A DNA stretch of 63,532 nucleotides, filler included, from Octopus bimaculoides (taxonomy: Eukaryota): assembly GCF_001194135.2 (NCBI RefSeq). It is 4 parts of 4 records of this genome, joined end to end, with 100 filler letters (N's around TTAATTAATTAA, not from the genome) between each part and the next. Parts side by side here need not be neighbours in the genome. Positions count along the whole stretch, not along the records: positions 36,502 to 49,768 come from NC_068986.1; positions 49,869 to 63,532 come from NC_068999.1; 2 more parts are not named here. One strand, given 5' to 3'. A program made the translations under genes and the position numbers. Positions within the stretch are counted from its first letter, which is position 1; each line of letters begins with the position of its first letter. Of this stretch, positions 48,171-61,324 are shown one piece after another. The notes beneath the pieces are model-generated. The model was given only the letters and a program-made list of their open reading frames with translations, ran no database searches and was not told the DNA's origin.

Positions 48171-49714
48171 TTCGGTGTTAGTGATGACGGTAATGACAGT
48201 GTTGNNNNNNNNNNNNNNNNNNNNNNNNNNNNNNNNNNNNNNNNNNNNNNNNNNNNNNNNNNNNNNNNNNNNNNNNNNNNNNNNNNNNNNNNNNNNNNNN
48301 NNNNNNNNNNNNNNNNNNNNNNNNNNNNNNNNNNNNNNNNNNNNNNNNNNNNNNNNNNNNNNNNNNNNNNNNNNNNNNNNNNNNNNNNNNNNNNNNNNNN
48401 NNNNNNNNNNNNNNNNNNNNNNNNNNNNNNNNNNNNNNNNNNNNNNNNNNNNNNNNNNNNNNNNNNNNNNNNNNNNNNNNNNNNNNNNNNNNNNNNNNNN
48501 NNNNNNNNNNNNNNNNNNNNNNNNNNNNNNNNNNNNNNNNNNNNNNNNNNNNNNNNNNNNNNNNNNNNNNNNNNNNNNNNNNNNNNNNNNNNNNNNNNNN
48601 NNNNNNNNNNNNNNNNNNNNNNNNNNNNNNNNNNNNNNNNNNNNNNNNNNNNNNNNNNNNNNNNNNNNNNNGAGGGTGTTTGTGGTGTAGCAATCAAAGA
48701 AGAAGTGGAAAAAAAAAAAAAAAAGAAATCAAATATAAGAAAGTAATGATTCAAACGTTTGATAGTTTGGTTTTTGTTACCTGCGTATTAGGGAGGTACC
48801 AGCAATTAAAATGTTCTCAAACTTCAGAGCACGCTTTAACTGTATCCAACTTTCGATCCGTAGCCTCAGGTAACAATAACAACACCAATAACAGCAGCAA
48901 CAGTAGTGACAGCAGCAGCAGCAGTAGTTAAAACAACAACAGGAACCACAGCTAACAGAAACGACCACAACAACAACGGCAATATGTACAAGTTAGCTTA
49001 TTAATTTCAGGCCGGCACTACTGGCCTGTACCGTGTACGCAGACGCATGTGTGTATATGATATATATGTATATAATTTATACAGGCAGATAGAGGTAGGG
49101 GTGTAGCCAGCTAAACCTGGAATCGTGCAGGCATTCTTTCTGAGTAGTCGACCTGTACTAGCTTGCATGCATAGCGGTACATACATGTCAGGCCGATATT
49201 TACGCCAATTACAAATACAAATGAGAGGAACTATAAGCGCACCACCGCTTCTTCGGCTATGGGAGCCCGTCTGGACATGCCACGGGCCAACGCTAAGCTC
49301 TCGACGGATACACTGGCTGTTCGCTTGTTTGCGATAAATAAATGAATATTAGATAAGTAAGTAAGTAAATAAATGAATAAATAAGGAGAAACTCATGCCA
49401 AACTACGTACTGCCGCTTGCTTCACTGCCTCCAGAAGGCGTTTCATTTCGCATAGAATTCCATGCTTCAGTGACCAGCTCGAAGAGTGGAGGGAGCCTCG
49501 AATTTTAAAAAAAGCCATTAATATCTATAAACTTACATAAGACCATCTTTCTATTTATCAACCTCTATTTTTCTCTCCCCCTCTCTTTTTCGCTCCCCTC
49601 CTCCTCCCCTATCTCTCTCTCTCTCTCTCTCTAACAAGTACATCCTTACTTCTCTATCCACCTTCATACACTCCCACACGCATATTTCCTCATGTATATC
49701 CTCTCCCCCACGAA

Positions 49715-49768
<54 letters not shown>

Positions 49769-49812
49769 NNNNNNNNNNNNNNNNNNNNNNNNNNNNNNNN
49801 NNNNNNNNNNNN

Positions 49813-49824
49813 TTAATTAATTAA
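49813..49824. other. Assembly linker TTAATTAATTAA
   Basis: N44-12-N44 design. Confidence 0.95.
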
Positions 49825-49995
49825 NNNNNNNNNNNNNNNNNNNNNNNNNNNNNNNNNNNNNNNNNNNNTGATATATATATATGCATACATACATATATTT
49901 ATATATATGTTGATATATATATATATACACATACACACACACACACATACATATACATATGTATATATATATATACATACTAAAATACATATATT

Positions 49996-50125
49996 ACGTA
50001 GGAGTGGCTGTGTGGTAAGTAGCTTGCTTACGAACCACATGGTTCCGGGTTCAGTCCCACTGCGTAGCACCTTGGGCAAGTGTTTTCTACTATAGCCTCG
50101 GGCCGACCAAACCTTGTGAGTGAAT
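49996..50125 (+). mobile_element. SINE family A head/core, 3'-truncated
   Basis: Very close to 25146-25275. Confidence 0.92.
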
Positions 50126-50155
50126 TTTGCATGAACAATTGTTATGTCTTAGGAA

Positions 50156-50328
50156 GACCATTACGCCAATAGCAACACACGCACTGGTTTAATATCGCTT
50201 CTTTATTGTTACTCAATGGGTTCAATATCTAACCAACTAAATAATCGATCGTTTGTTGATTGACTAAAAATAAAGAAGTGATATCAAACCAGTGTGTGTG
50301 TGTGCTTATTGTTATTGGCGTAATGACC
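50156..50328. mobile_element. MITE with ~55-bp imperfect TIRs, superfamily unknown
   Basis: cattacgccaatagcaa...cactggtttaatatcgcttctttatt versus reverse complement cattacgccaataacaa...cactggtttgatatcacttctttatt; no clear TSD. Confidence 0.8.
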
Positions 50329-51963
50329 GCCCCGACACACAACAAGATTTGTCTCAGCACACAAGTTCACATCCAGAATCCTATAAAACTAAATATAAAT
50401 ATATGAACTGCTCTTCACTTAGGCTTTATTAATTTACCAAAACGTCTCAAAACTGCTCTGCAGAGATCTATTTTCCCGACGAAATCTGTTCGTGGGATAT
50501 TTCACACAATAAACGTTTCTATATTCTCTCGTTACAACGCAAGAATAACTTCAAAAATGTCGACGCTACAGCTTTTTAGTGTGCCCAGTCATGCATGGAA
50601 AATTCACTTATTATCCAATAAAAGCTACCCAGTATCAAATTCAAATATCTTTCTCAACACACTTCACAAAAATGTCCGGCCTTGAAAAATATCTATTTTA
50701 CCGTGTAAACTTTCGTTTTCATTTTATTTTCCTTTCTTATGTTTTTGCTACATTTTCTATGAAGGTTTACTTTCAAAGCATTTTCGGAGGAAGGGGAGGA
50801 GGATTTAAGCTTTAAGGATATGGTGAATGGAAATCGATGGTAAAGACAGTTATTCTAGTTTGATAGAGGATGTTTTATTTATCTATTTAATGTTTCCTTG
50901 GTAGCAACAATTGGATCGGTGAAATTTATTGTAAGGCATAATGGTTTGTTAACGTTTTTTTTTTTATTTAGTCGAGCTTGTGCAAGGAACTTGGTGTTGA
51001 CAGATTTGTATAGGAGTCCAAGTGACACACAGGTCACATTCCGATCACAATAAGGGTTAGTTGAAGGGTTTCTTTAGTATATTCAGAGATATCTTATCTG
51101 CTTGTTAGTGAAAGAGATTGGCCGTTGCTATAATGTTATTTTAGAGTTCATTCAATTTTTATTAATACAGAAGTGACAGAATAGAGTTTGATCAGAGCTT
51201 GGGTCAAAAATGGACCCAATTTACTGGCCAATCATACGGTTGAAATTTGAAGAAATATCAATGTTGTTCAGGAAATATTTCAAGACGTTTATACCCTAGA
51301 TACATATATACATGTATATAAATATACATGCATATATTGTTTACACACACAGAAATATATATATATATATATCTGTATATAGACGTATGTTTCTACATAT
51401 ATACATCTATATATATTACACAGAAACACACACATATATGTATATATATGGATACGCATAGGTACAAATGCTCGTAATTAAGCTAGTGGATACGCTTGCG
51501 TGTATACACATACACACACACAAACACACATTCATACATATGCACAAACACACACACACACACACATATGAATAAACATGAATATTTGCAGACATATATA
51601 TATATATTTATATATGCATATATATGTATGTGCATATATATATATATAATTAGGTAGATGGATCAATAAATAGATTGATAATNNNNNNNNNNTATATATA
51701 TATATATATATGTATGTATCTATGTGCATATATATATATATAATTAGGTAGATGGATCAATAAATAGATTGATAATTATCTACATCTGTATATGCTTGAG
51801 TGTATATGTACGTTTGTATGTATGTACGTCTAGTATGCACTAATATGTATGTAGCATCTATATTCACGCCCACTTAATATCCACTCCACTTATTCAGAGA
51901 CCCTAAGCAACGCCCTGTCTGGAAGAGGTCACACTGAGTTACCCGCCCTTGGTACTCACAGCC

Positions 51964-52002
<39 letters not shown>

Positions 52003-52980
52003 GCCATCGCCACGACACACCCATATATTAACAAGTGCTGACACCTTTACACACACATACACATACCTACACATATCCAGACAAAGACTGTCCTCAGCCA
52101 GGGTTCACCTTATTTGTATACACTCACTTGGTGTCAGACAAAATATGCAGACAGTCACAAGCACAAAGACACCCCCCCCCCACACACACACACACTCACA
52201 CACACATACACACATACACACACGCACACGCCTACTCACGCATAGTCTATGAGATTACTCACGCAAACGAACTTGCATAAAATGCGTAACAATACCTACA
52301 GACAACCACACCTTAACTAGTGTGTTCNNNNNNNNNNNNNNNNNNNNNNNNNNNNNNNNNNNNNNNNNNNNNNNNNNNNNNNNNNNNNNNNNNNNNNNNN
52401 NNNNNNNNNNNNNNNNNNNNNNNNNNNNNNNNNNNNNNNNNNNNNNNNNNNNNNNNNNNNNNNNNNNNNNNNNNNNNNNNNNNNNNNNNNNNNNNNNNNN
52501 NNNNNNNNNNNNNNNNNNNNNNNNNNNNNNNNNNNNNNNNNNNNNNNNNNNNNNNNNNNNNNNNNNNNNNNNNNNNNNNNNNNNNNNNNNNNNNNNNNNN
52601 NNNNNNNNNNNNNNNNNNNNNNNNNNNNNNNNNNNNNNNNNNNNNNNNNNNNNNNNNNNNNNNNNNNNNNNNNNNNNNNNNNNNNNNNNNNNNNNNNNNN
52701 NNNNNNNNNNNNNNNNNNNNNNNNNNNNNNNNNNNNNNNNNNNNNNNNNNNNNNNNNNNNNNNNNNNNNNNNNNNNACCCACGTTTTAACACCGGCGTTT
52801 CGACGAGCTTCGGGCAGGACGCAACGTTAAAACGGCTCGTCCCATGGATCGCAGATTAAATCTGTATACGCAAATTAAATCTAGCCATGGAGGAATGTCG
52901 TGGCGGACAAAAAACAAGACAGGAAAACAAACAGAAAAGGCTTTACGGCCAGACGAGAAAAATTATGTGTGTATATATAT

Positions 52981-53143
52981 GGGCGCAGGAGTGGCTGTGT
53001 GGTAAGTAGTTTGCTTACCAACCACATGGTTCCGGGTTCAGTCACACAGCGTGGCAGCTTGGGCATGTGTCTTCTACTATAACCTCGGACTGACCAAAGC
53101 CATGTGAGTGGATTTGGTAAGCGAAAACTGAAAGAAGCCCGTC

Positions 53144-53145
<2 letters not shown>
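52981..53145 (+). mobile_element. SINE family A head/core, ending at its internal (TA)n
   Basis: Matches 25146-25310. Confidence 0.92.
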
Positions 53146-53184
<39 letters not shown>

Positions 53185-53347
53185 TTTTCTTTTTTTTTAA
53201 TTCTATTTCTTTGTATTTAATTAACAAACGGTTTTGTTCTCGGCTTGAAAAATGGCGAAATAAATTAATGTTTCGGCCACGAAACCATGGGTGTCTAAAC
53301 AAAAAGTTTATCAATCGTCTTACTAATACTATAAATGTTTTGGCTTT

Positions 53348-53600
53348 AACAAATTATGTCTTTATTTCCTTCCATAGGTCATCAGTCTATTGTCTTGCGA
53401 ATAATATCATGTGTGCATTACAGATTGTCTGTGATTTCCTTCCAAACTTTATCACTCGACCATGTTACGAATTAATAGGTGTTATGTCTAAGAGATTATG
53501 TTCGCGATTTGCTTCCATAGTTTACTAATCAATTGTCTTCTCAATTTTATAAATGTTGTATGTATAACAGATTATGTCACCGATTTCGTTCCATAGTTAA
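53348..53600. repeat. Old ~70-76-bp minisatellite, four copies
   Basis: Core TTT(C/G)(C/G)TTCCA at 53365, 53435, 53508 and 53584, each preceded by an A(C/G)A(G/A)ATT..TGT-like motif. Confidence 0.65.
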
Positions 53601-53799
53601 ACTGTTGCCTACCTACACCGTAGCGGATAGAATAATAATGTTAAAGATATTATTTTCTTGATGTTTTACTAAAGTGAAAAAGTTTAAAAATTATATTTTT
53701 AATCGTAAATGTTCAATCAGACGCGAACAGATGTATTAGCACCTTTTATACGGGGGAGATATTGCAGTAATATTATGTGATTGGACAGAGAGCCATATA

Positions 53800-53815
53800 G
53801 AGAGTGAGAGAGTGA

Positions 53816-53847
<32 letters not shown>

Positions 53848-55121
53848 AGGAGAGGTAGAGAGAGAGAGAGAAGGAGAGAGAGAGAAGGAGAGAGAGAGNN
53901 NNNNNNNNNNNNNNNNNNNNNNNNNNNNNNNNNNNNNNNNNNNNNNNNNNNNNNNNNNNNNNNNNNNNNNNNNNNNNNNNNNNNNNNNNNNNNNNNNNNN
54001 NNNNNNNNNNNNNNNNNNNNNNNNNNNNNNNNNNNNNNNNNNNNNNNNNNNNNNNNNNNNNNNNNNNNNNNNNNNNNNNNNNNNNNNNNNNNNNNNNNNN
54101 NNNNNNNNNNNNNNNNNNNNNNNNNNNNNNNNNNNNNNNNNNNNNNNNNNNNNNNNNNNNNNNNNNNNNNNNNNNNNNNNNNNNNNNNNNNNNNNNNNNN
54201 NNNNNNNNNNNNNNNNNNNNNNNNNNNNNNGAGAGAGAGAGGCAGAGAGAGAGAGAGAGAAGGAGAGAGAGAGAAGGAGAGAGAGAGAAGGAGAGAGAGA
54301 GAGAGAAGGAGAGAGGTAGACGGAGAGAGAGAGAAGGAGAGAAGTAGACGGAGAGAGTGAAGGAGAAAGAGAGAGATAAAGTGAGACTGAGGGAGGGAGA
54401 GAGAGAGAGAGAGAGAGTGAAAGAGATAAAGTGAAGAATGGACAGAGATGAGGAAGAAAGAGTTGGATTGAAGAAGTGAGGCCGATAGAGGAAAGAGAGA
54501 CGGAGAGAGAGATGAAATCAGGAACGGAATGAGATGAAGAGAGATGGATTAATGGCGGAGGGCTGAGAGAGGGGGGGTAAGAGTGAGAGACGTGGGCAGT
54601 GGTCTGGGTAGAGATGAAGCGGAGACAGAGAGGGAGAGAAGGAGCATTGAATCGATAAAGGGATGCAGAAAGAGTAAGAGAGAGAGAGAGGGGGTAGAGA
54701 GAGGGGAAGAACGAGAGGAAGAGAGAGAGACGGAGGTAGAGTGAAACGGAGTAAGAGAGAGAGGGGAAATGAAAGATACAGACTGTGATAGAAAGAAAGA
54801 GAGACGAGAAAGAAACGAGGAAGAGAGAAACGAGGAAGAGAGAAACGAGGCAGAGAGAAACGAGGAAGAGAGAGAGAAGAAATGAGAGATACAGACTGTG
54901 ATAGAAAGAGAGAAAGAGAGACGAGAGAGAAATGAGAAAGAGACGACGAAGAGAGAAAGAGAGATAGACGAGGAAGAGAGAGAAAGAGAGGAGAATGGAT
55001 TGAGAGGAAGAGAGGAGAATGTTGGATTGATGTAGACTAAAAGAAGGATGTATATGGATTTGAAATGAGAGAAAGAGTTGGAAAGATGAAGAGAGAATGA
55101 GAGACATTGGGAAGGTACTTG

Positions 55122-55167
<46 letters not shown>

Positions 55168-55177
55168 NNNNNNNNNN

Positions 55178-55222
<45 letters not shown>

Positions 55223-55634
55223 GTAAATACAAGATGTGGAGACGTAGAATCGAAATGAAGGGGGAACTAATGGATTAGAAGGAAGGAGAAGTTGAGTGAT
55301 ATGGAGAGACAGAGAGAGAGAGAGATGTGTAGAGAGGTTGTATGAGAGTGTGGAGAGAAAGAAAGAAAAAAAAAGAAAGAAAAAAAAAGAAAGAAAAATG
55401 ATATGTATTAATTGTATGTATTTCTTAATCGATATTGTTTCTTTGGCTTGTTTTAGTCATTGAACTATATATATATATATATATATATATATTAAGTTTG
55501 GTACTTATTCTGCCAGTTTCTTTTTGCCGCTAAGTTACGGGTTGTAAACAAAACAAGACCGGTTGACAAGTGATGGTGGAGGACACAAACACATAGAGAC
55601 ATACACAAACACACACACATACAGAGACACACAG

Positions 55635-55669
<35 letters not shown>

Positions 55670-56105
55670 TACACACACACACACATATATATATACACAG
55701 AGAGAGATATACAACGGGTTTCCACGCAGTTTCCGTCTATCAGATTTATTGACAAGGCTTTGGTCGCTCTGGAGCTATAGTAGAAAACGCTTACCCGAGG
55801 TGTCAGGCGCTAGGACTGAACCCGGAATCTCATGGCTGCAAAGCAAGCCTCTTATCCAGACGGACAACGTATGTGAGACGGAGAGAGACAGATAGAGAGA
55901 CGAAGAGAGAGACAGATAGAGAGACGAAGAGAGAGACAGATAGAGAGACGAAGAGAGAGACAGATAGAGAGACGAAGAGAGAGACAGATAGAGAAACGAA
56001 GAGAGAGACAGACAGAGAGACGAAGAGAGAGACAGATAGAGAGACGAAGAGAGAGACAGATAGAGAGACGAAGAGATAGAGAGAGACGAAAAGGATATAT
56101 ATATG

Positions 56106-56136
<31 letters not shown>

Positions 56137-56319
56137 GAGAGAGAGAGAGAAGTAGAGAAAGTTAAAGACTGCGTAATGTGTGTATGGGGAAAAGAGGGAA
56201 AAGACAAGAGAAAGACAGAGAGGAAGAAGGGAATAGAGTGAGAGGGAGAATGGAAGAGAGAGGCAGAGAAAGTGTGTGTGTGTGTGTGAGAGAGAGTGAC
56301 TAAGAAAAAGGACAGAGAA

Positions 56320-56353
<34 letters not shown>

Positions 56354-56960
56354 TGTGCATGAGATACAAGCAGAAAGAGGGTGCGAGACTTGCAGACAGG
56401 AGACAGACGTAGAGAGAGAGAGAGAGGGAGAGAGAGACAGACAGAGAAACAAAGAGACAGAGAAAGAGAGACAGACATAGAAAAAGAGACAGACAGACAG
56501 ACATAGAGAGAGAGGCAAAAAGAGGCAGACAGAGAGAAAGAGGCAGACAGAGAGAAAGAGGCAGACAGAGAGAAAGAGGCAGACAGAGAGAGAGAGATAG
56601 GTAGGAAGAGGGAGAGATAGAGAGAGATAGACATAGAAAAAGAGAGAGACACACAGACATAAAAAGAAAGATAGAAGGAGGGAGGGAGACAGAGAGGGGT
56701 AGAAAGAGAGGGGTAGAAAGAGAGGGGCAGACAGAGAAAGGGACACACTCAGACATAAAGAAAGATAGATAAAAAAGAGAGAGACAAAGAGAGACAGACA
56801 GACAGAGAGAGAGAGACAGATCGACAGAGAGGTGGTGGGGGGAAAAGAGGAAGAAAAGAGACATACAGTTCGATATCGAAAAAGAGAGAGACCCTCAGAG
56901 AGAGAGAGAAAGAAAGAGGGAGAGAGAGAGAGAGAGAGGGAAATGAAGGGAGAAAGCAAG
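53800..56960. repeat. Extended polypurine (GA-rich) domain with nested 24-bp (55873-56079) and 18-bp (~56520-56590) tandem repeats
   Basis: Direct reading; the 24-bp unit is gagagacgaagagagagacagata; interrupted by a SINE-A at 55495-55860. Confidence 0.92.
55495..55860 (-). mobile_element. SINE family A with internal (CA)n
   Basis: Tail part, microsatellite, core and head in reverse-complement order. Confidence 0.82.
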
Positions 56961-57250
56961 CGAGGGTGATGTATATAGTTCGATCATTAATAACGAGGAC
57001 TTAAAAGCGTGCGTCTGTGTGTGTCTGAGCGAGTGTAATAATTTCGAAAAGATGGCTGAGTGACTTGGGTCAGCTTAACCTTGTCCAACCGATGATAATG
57101 TGTGCTGCACTATGTGAGCTGACGATATTACCTGTTGCTAGGACTGCTTGCTCTTCTTATAGACGCTCACTGGTACAGGGCGAGGGGGCCGCTTGCGGTG
57201 CTATGCTGTGGGTGTGTGTGTGCAACGGTGGTGCACAGTGGTGTTTAGCG

Positions 57251-57718
57251 GTGTAGTGCAGTGGCTAGAGTTGTAGTGTAGTGGTTACTGCTATAGTGTA
57301 ATGGCTAGTGCTGTAGTTTAGTAGTTAGTGCTGTAGTGTAGTGGTTACTGCTATAGTGTAATGGCTAGTGCTGTAGTTTAGTAGTTAGTGCTGTAGTGTA
57401 GTGGTTAATGCTATAGTGTAGTGGCTAGTGTTGTAGTGGAGTGGTTAATTCTATAGTGTAGTAGCTAGTGCTGTAGTTAAGTAGTTAGTGCTGTAGTGTA
57501 GTGGTTAATGCTATAGTGTAGTGGCTAGTGTTGTAGTGGAGTGGTTAATTTTATAGTGTAGTGGCTAGTGTTGTAGCATAGTGGTTAGTGCTGTAGTGTA
57601 GTGGTTGATGCTATAGTGTAGTGGCTAGGGTTGTAGTGGGGTGGTTAATTCTATGGTATAGTGGCTAGTACTGTAGTCTAGTAGTTAGTGCTGTAGTGTA
57701 GTGGTTAATACTATAGTT
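57251..57718. repeat. 20-bp minisatellite with 60- and 100-bp higher-order periods
   Basis: About 23 units of a ctgtagtgtagtggttagtg-like sequence; variants ordered (ABC)x2 then (ABDBC)x3. Confidence 0.93.
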
Positions 57719-57984
57719 GTGGTGAGGTTTTTCTGTACTGTTGTGGAGCGGTGGAGTGGTGTCACGTGACGTAACACCCTTTAGTAGAGTGGTGTGACGT
57801 AACGGTGTGGTTGTGGAGTGGTGTGCCGCAGCATACGGTAGTATCGTGATGTAATGATGTAGAACAAAGTACAGTAAAGGTGTGTGCATCGGAGTGGTGT
57901 ATGTGTATGTGATGTAGTGTTACGGAGTGCTCAATGTGAAGTTATATTGTGGAATGGTGTAGAGCAGTAAGGTTCAATGTACTG

Positions 57985-58600
57985 TGATATTGGTTTCAAA
58001 TTTTGGCACAATACCAGCAATTCTGAGGAAGATTACATCGACCCTAGAATTTTACTGGTACTTATTTTATCGACCCTGAAAAGATCAAAGGTAAACCCTA
58101 CTTCGGCAGAATTTGAACTCAGAACACAAAGACGGACGAAATGACGTTAGAGCATTTTGCCCGGCATGCTAACGAATATTGTCAGCTCACCACTTTAATA
58201 ATAATAATAATAATCGACCCCAGAATTTCTCTGGTATTTATTTTATTGATTCTGAAAGGATGGAAGGCAAAGTCGACGTCGGTAGAATTTGAGCGTAAGG
58301 ATATAAATATTGGTAAATGTTTGCTTCGAAAATATAAAACCAATATTTATATTGTCGCAAAGCGGCGAGCTGGCAGAATCTAGAGCAAGCTGCGCAAAAG
58401 ACGGACATTTCGTCCGTCTTTACGTTTAAATTCCGCCAAGGTCGACTTTGCCTTTTGATCCTATCGGAATCGATGAAATACGTACACTGGTGTCCATGTA
58501 ATTGACTTACCCTCTCCCAGAATATTTCGCTCGTCGCTGCGTTCTGAGTTCAAATTCTGCCGAGGTCGACTTTGCCTTTCATTATTTCGGGGTCAATGTA
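57985..58600. mobile_element. Cluster of SINE family C copies (two minus, then two plus)
   Basis: atttgaactcag / gagttcaaattc B boxes and gtcgactttgcc bodies in opposite orientations. Confidence 0.8.
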
Positions 58601-58849
58601 TATATANNNNNNNNNNNNNNNNNNNNNNNNNNNNNNNNNNNNNNNNNNNNNNNNNNNNNNNNNNNNNNNNNNNNNNNNNNNNNNNNNNNNNNNNNNNNNN
58701 NNNNNNNNNNNNNNNNNNNNNNNNNNNNNNNNNNNNNNNNNNNNNNNNNNNNNNNNNNNNNNNNNNNNNNNNNNNNNNNNNNNNNNNNNNNNNNNNNNNN
58801 NNNNNNNNNNNNNNNNNNNNNNNNNNNNNNNNNNNNNNNNNNNNNNNNN

Positions 58850-58915
<66 letters not shown>

Positions 58916-60305
58916 CAAATTTAAATTTAACCGGAATATATTCAGTGCTGAATTCTTCTGAATATACACGCGTACCAAGATGTAATTTGAAAAGTCCGCC
59001 TCTTACATAGATATATAAATGTGAACATTTCTATGTGCTATGATGGATAAATTTGGTGTTCGTCTGGTATGTGTATGTTGTTCATTTTTATGTGTCTTGA
59101 TTATGCCTGCACTGAAGATTAGAAAATGGATTATGTACACTAATTATGAAATCATATGATTTGCGGCTGAATCTGTTTTTAAGAGACGACTTCCGGGTTG
59201 CATTCCCTCGCTGTCGGTACATTGTATATTTATTAAGCTAGTTTTGACTTTGGGAGTTCCTTATAGCGTGAGGCATTTACGTGTAGTAATGCCGTTAATA
59301 TAATATAATATATATATATATANNNNNNNNNNNNNNNNNNNNNNNNNNNNNNNNNNNNNNNNNNNNNNNNNNNNNNNNNNNNNNNNNNNNNNNNNNNNNN
59401 NNNNNNNNNNNNNNNNNNNNNNNNNNNNNNNNNNNNNNNNNNNNNNNNNNNNNNNNNNNNNNNNNNNNNNNNNNNNNNNNNNNNNNNNNNNNNNNNNNNN
59501 NNNNNNNNNNNNNNNNNNNNNNNNNNNNNNNNNNNNNNNNNNNNNNNNNNNNNNNNNNNNNNNNNNNNNNNNNNNNNNNNNNNNNNNNNNNNNNNNNNNN
59601 NNNNNNNNNNNNNNNNNNNNNNNNNNNNNNNNNNNNNNNNNNNNNNNNNNNNNNNNNNNNNNNNNNNNNNNNNNNNNNNNNNNNNNNNNNNNNNNNNNNN
59701 NNNNNNNNNNNNNNNNNNNNNNNNNNNNNNNNNNNNNNNNNNNNNNNNNNNNNNNNNNNNNNNNNNNNNNNNNNNNNNNNNTATATATATATATATACAT
59801 ACATACATACATACATACATACATACATAAACACGCATAAAGTATATGCACGCTTGTATATATACATACAAACACACCCACAGACACACACATATCTCAT
59901 TTATGTATATTTGTATAAAAGTACGTCTGTAGGCATGTTAGCACCTACGTGTGTATATGTATTTATGTACGTATGCATTTTTGTATTCATATATTTATGC
60001 ACGTATATGCATTTCTTTTTTAAGCATTTGTTAGTAACACCGTTTCTCATACTTGTATGTGTTTAATTGCATATATCATATGTATACAAGTCACATACAC
60101 AGGTAGATACATGCGCATGTATCGCAAACATTGTAAAATATACCTTGTGTGCGTGTACGCGCGTCTGTGTGTGTGGTTTGGTGTTGGGATGTTGCGCCAC
60201 AAGTGGGCGGAGAGTTGAATAATACCTCTTCAAATCCTGAATTAGTTCACGTTTAAATAACAGATTTAAAGGTTTCAGACAGATATGCAAATATGCCTAT
60301 ATATA

Positions 60306-60346
<41 letters not shown>

Positions 60347-60433
60347 ATGGATGAATGTATATACGTATATATGTATATATATATATGTATGTATAGGTAA
60401 ATAAATACATATATCAACATACATCCATACATC

Positions 60434-60497
<64 letters not shown>

Positions 60498-60904
60498 TAT
60501 ATATATATTTATATACACGCACACATACATAAACATGTATTTATATGTATCCATATGCAAATACATATATACACAAACATACACACATACACACATACAA
60601 ATATATGCACAAATATATGCTATATTATATGCATCTACAAAACTCGTCTATGGGAACATCATAAAATGAAACTTTTAAGCTGACATGCACTAGGATACAC
60701 ACGCACACACACACACACACACACATGCAAGCGCGCGCCCGCGCGCACAGAAACACACTAACTGTCAATAGACGTAAATATCTTATACAAATATACATTA
60801 TCTATCTATTTATCTCACTATATATTTACACATACACATATATATAGGTACACGCACACATATGCACACACATATATACGCGCACACATGCATATACATA
60901 AACA

Positions 60905-60907
60905 CAT

Positions 60908-61000
<93 letters not shown>
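60905..61000. repeat. (CT)n(CA)n microsatellite
   Basis: Direct reading. Confidence 0.97.
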
Positions 61001-61002
<2 letters not shown>

Positions 61003-61324
61003 TGTACACATACTTAGTTTTATTCTATTTCCATTCTTCTGCATACGTGAAACCATAGAATTGAATAACTCAAGCGTTAGTCATGTCTGAACAGTGGATT
61101 CAGCATTAGTCATGTCTGTAAACAGGATATAAAGACAAGGCGAGATATAAGCCATGTCGAGTATGTAAGAGCGTGTGAAACTACATACCACTCAGTGGAT
61201 GGATAACTGTTACCCTGGGTACTTGACAGAACTAAAGGGTACGTGGAATTCTTTCGTCCGCCTTCTGCTTGTTTGTCTTTCGTGTCCGAGGATAATGACT
61301 TCGTAGATTCTTACTGAACAACCG

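Noticed and set aside
53348-53600. CRISPR-like repeat/spacer array
   Set aside because: Repeats are degenerate, spacers are partly homologous to each other, there are no cas genes, and the context is eukaryotic.
53773-56959. 444-aa, 344-aa and 298-aa Leu/Ser-rich minus-strand ORFs
   Set aside because: These are translations of a polypyrimidine strand, which is inherently stop-poor; no domain content.
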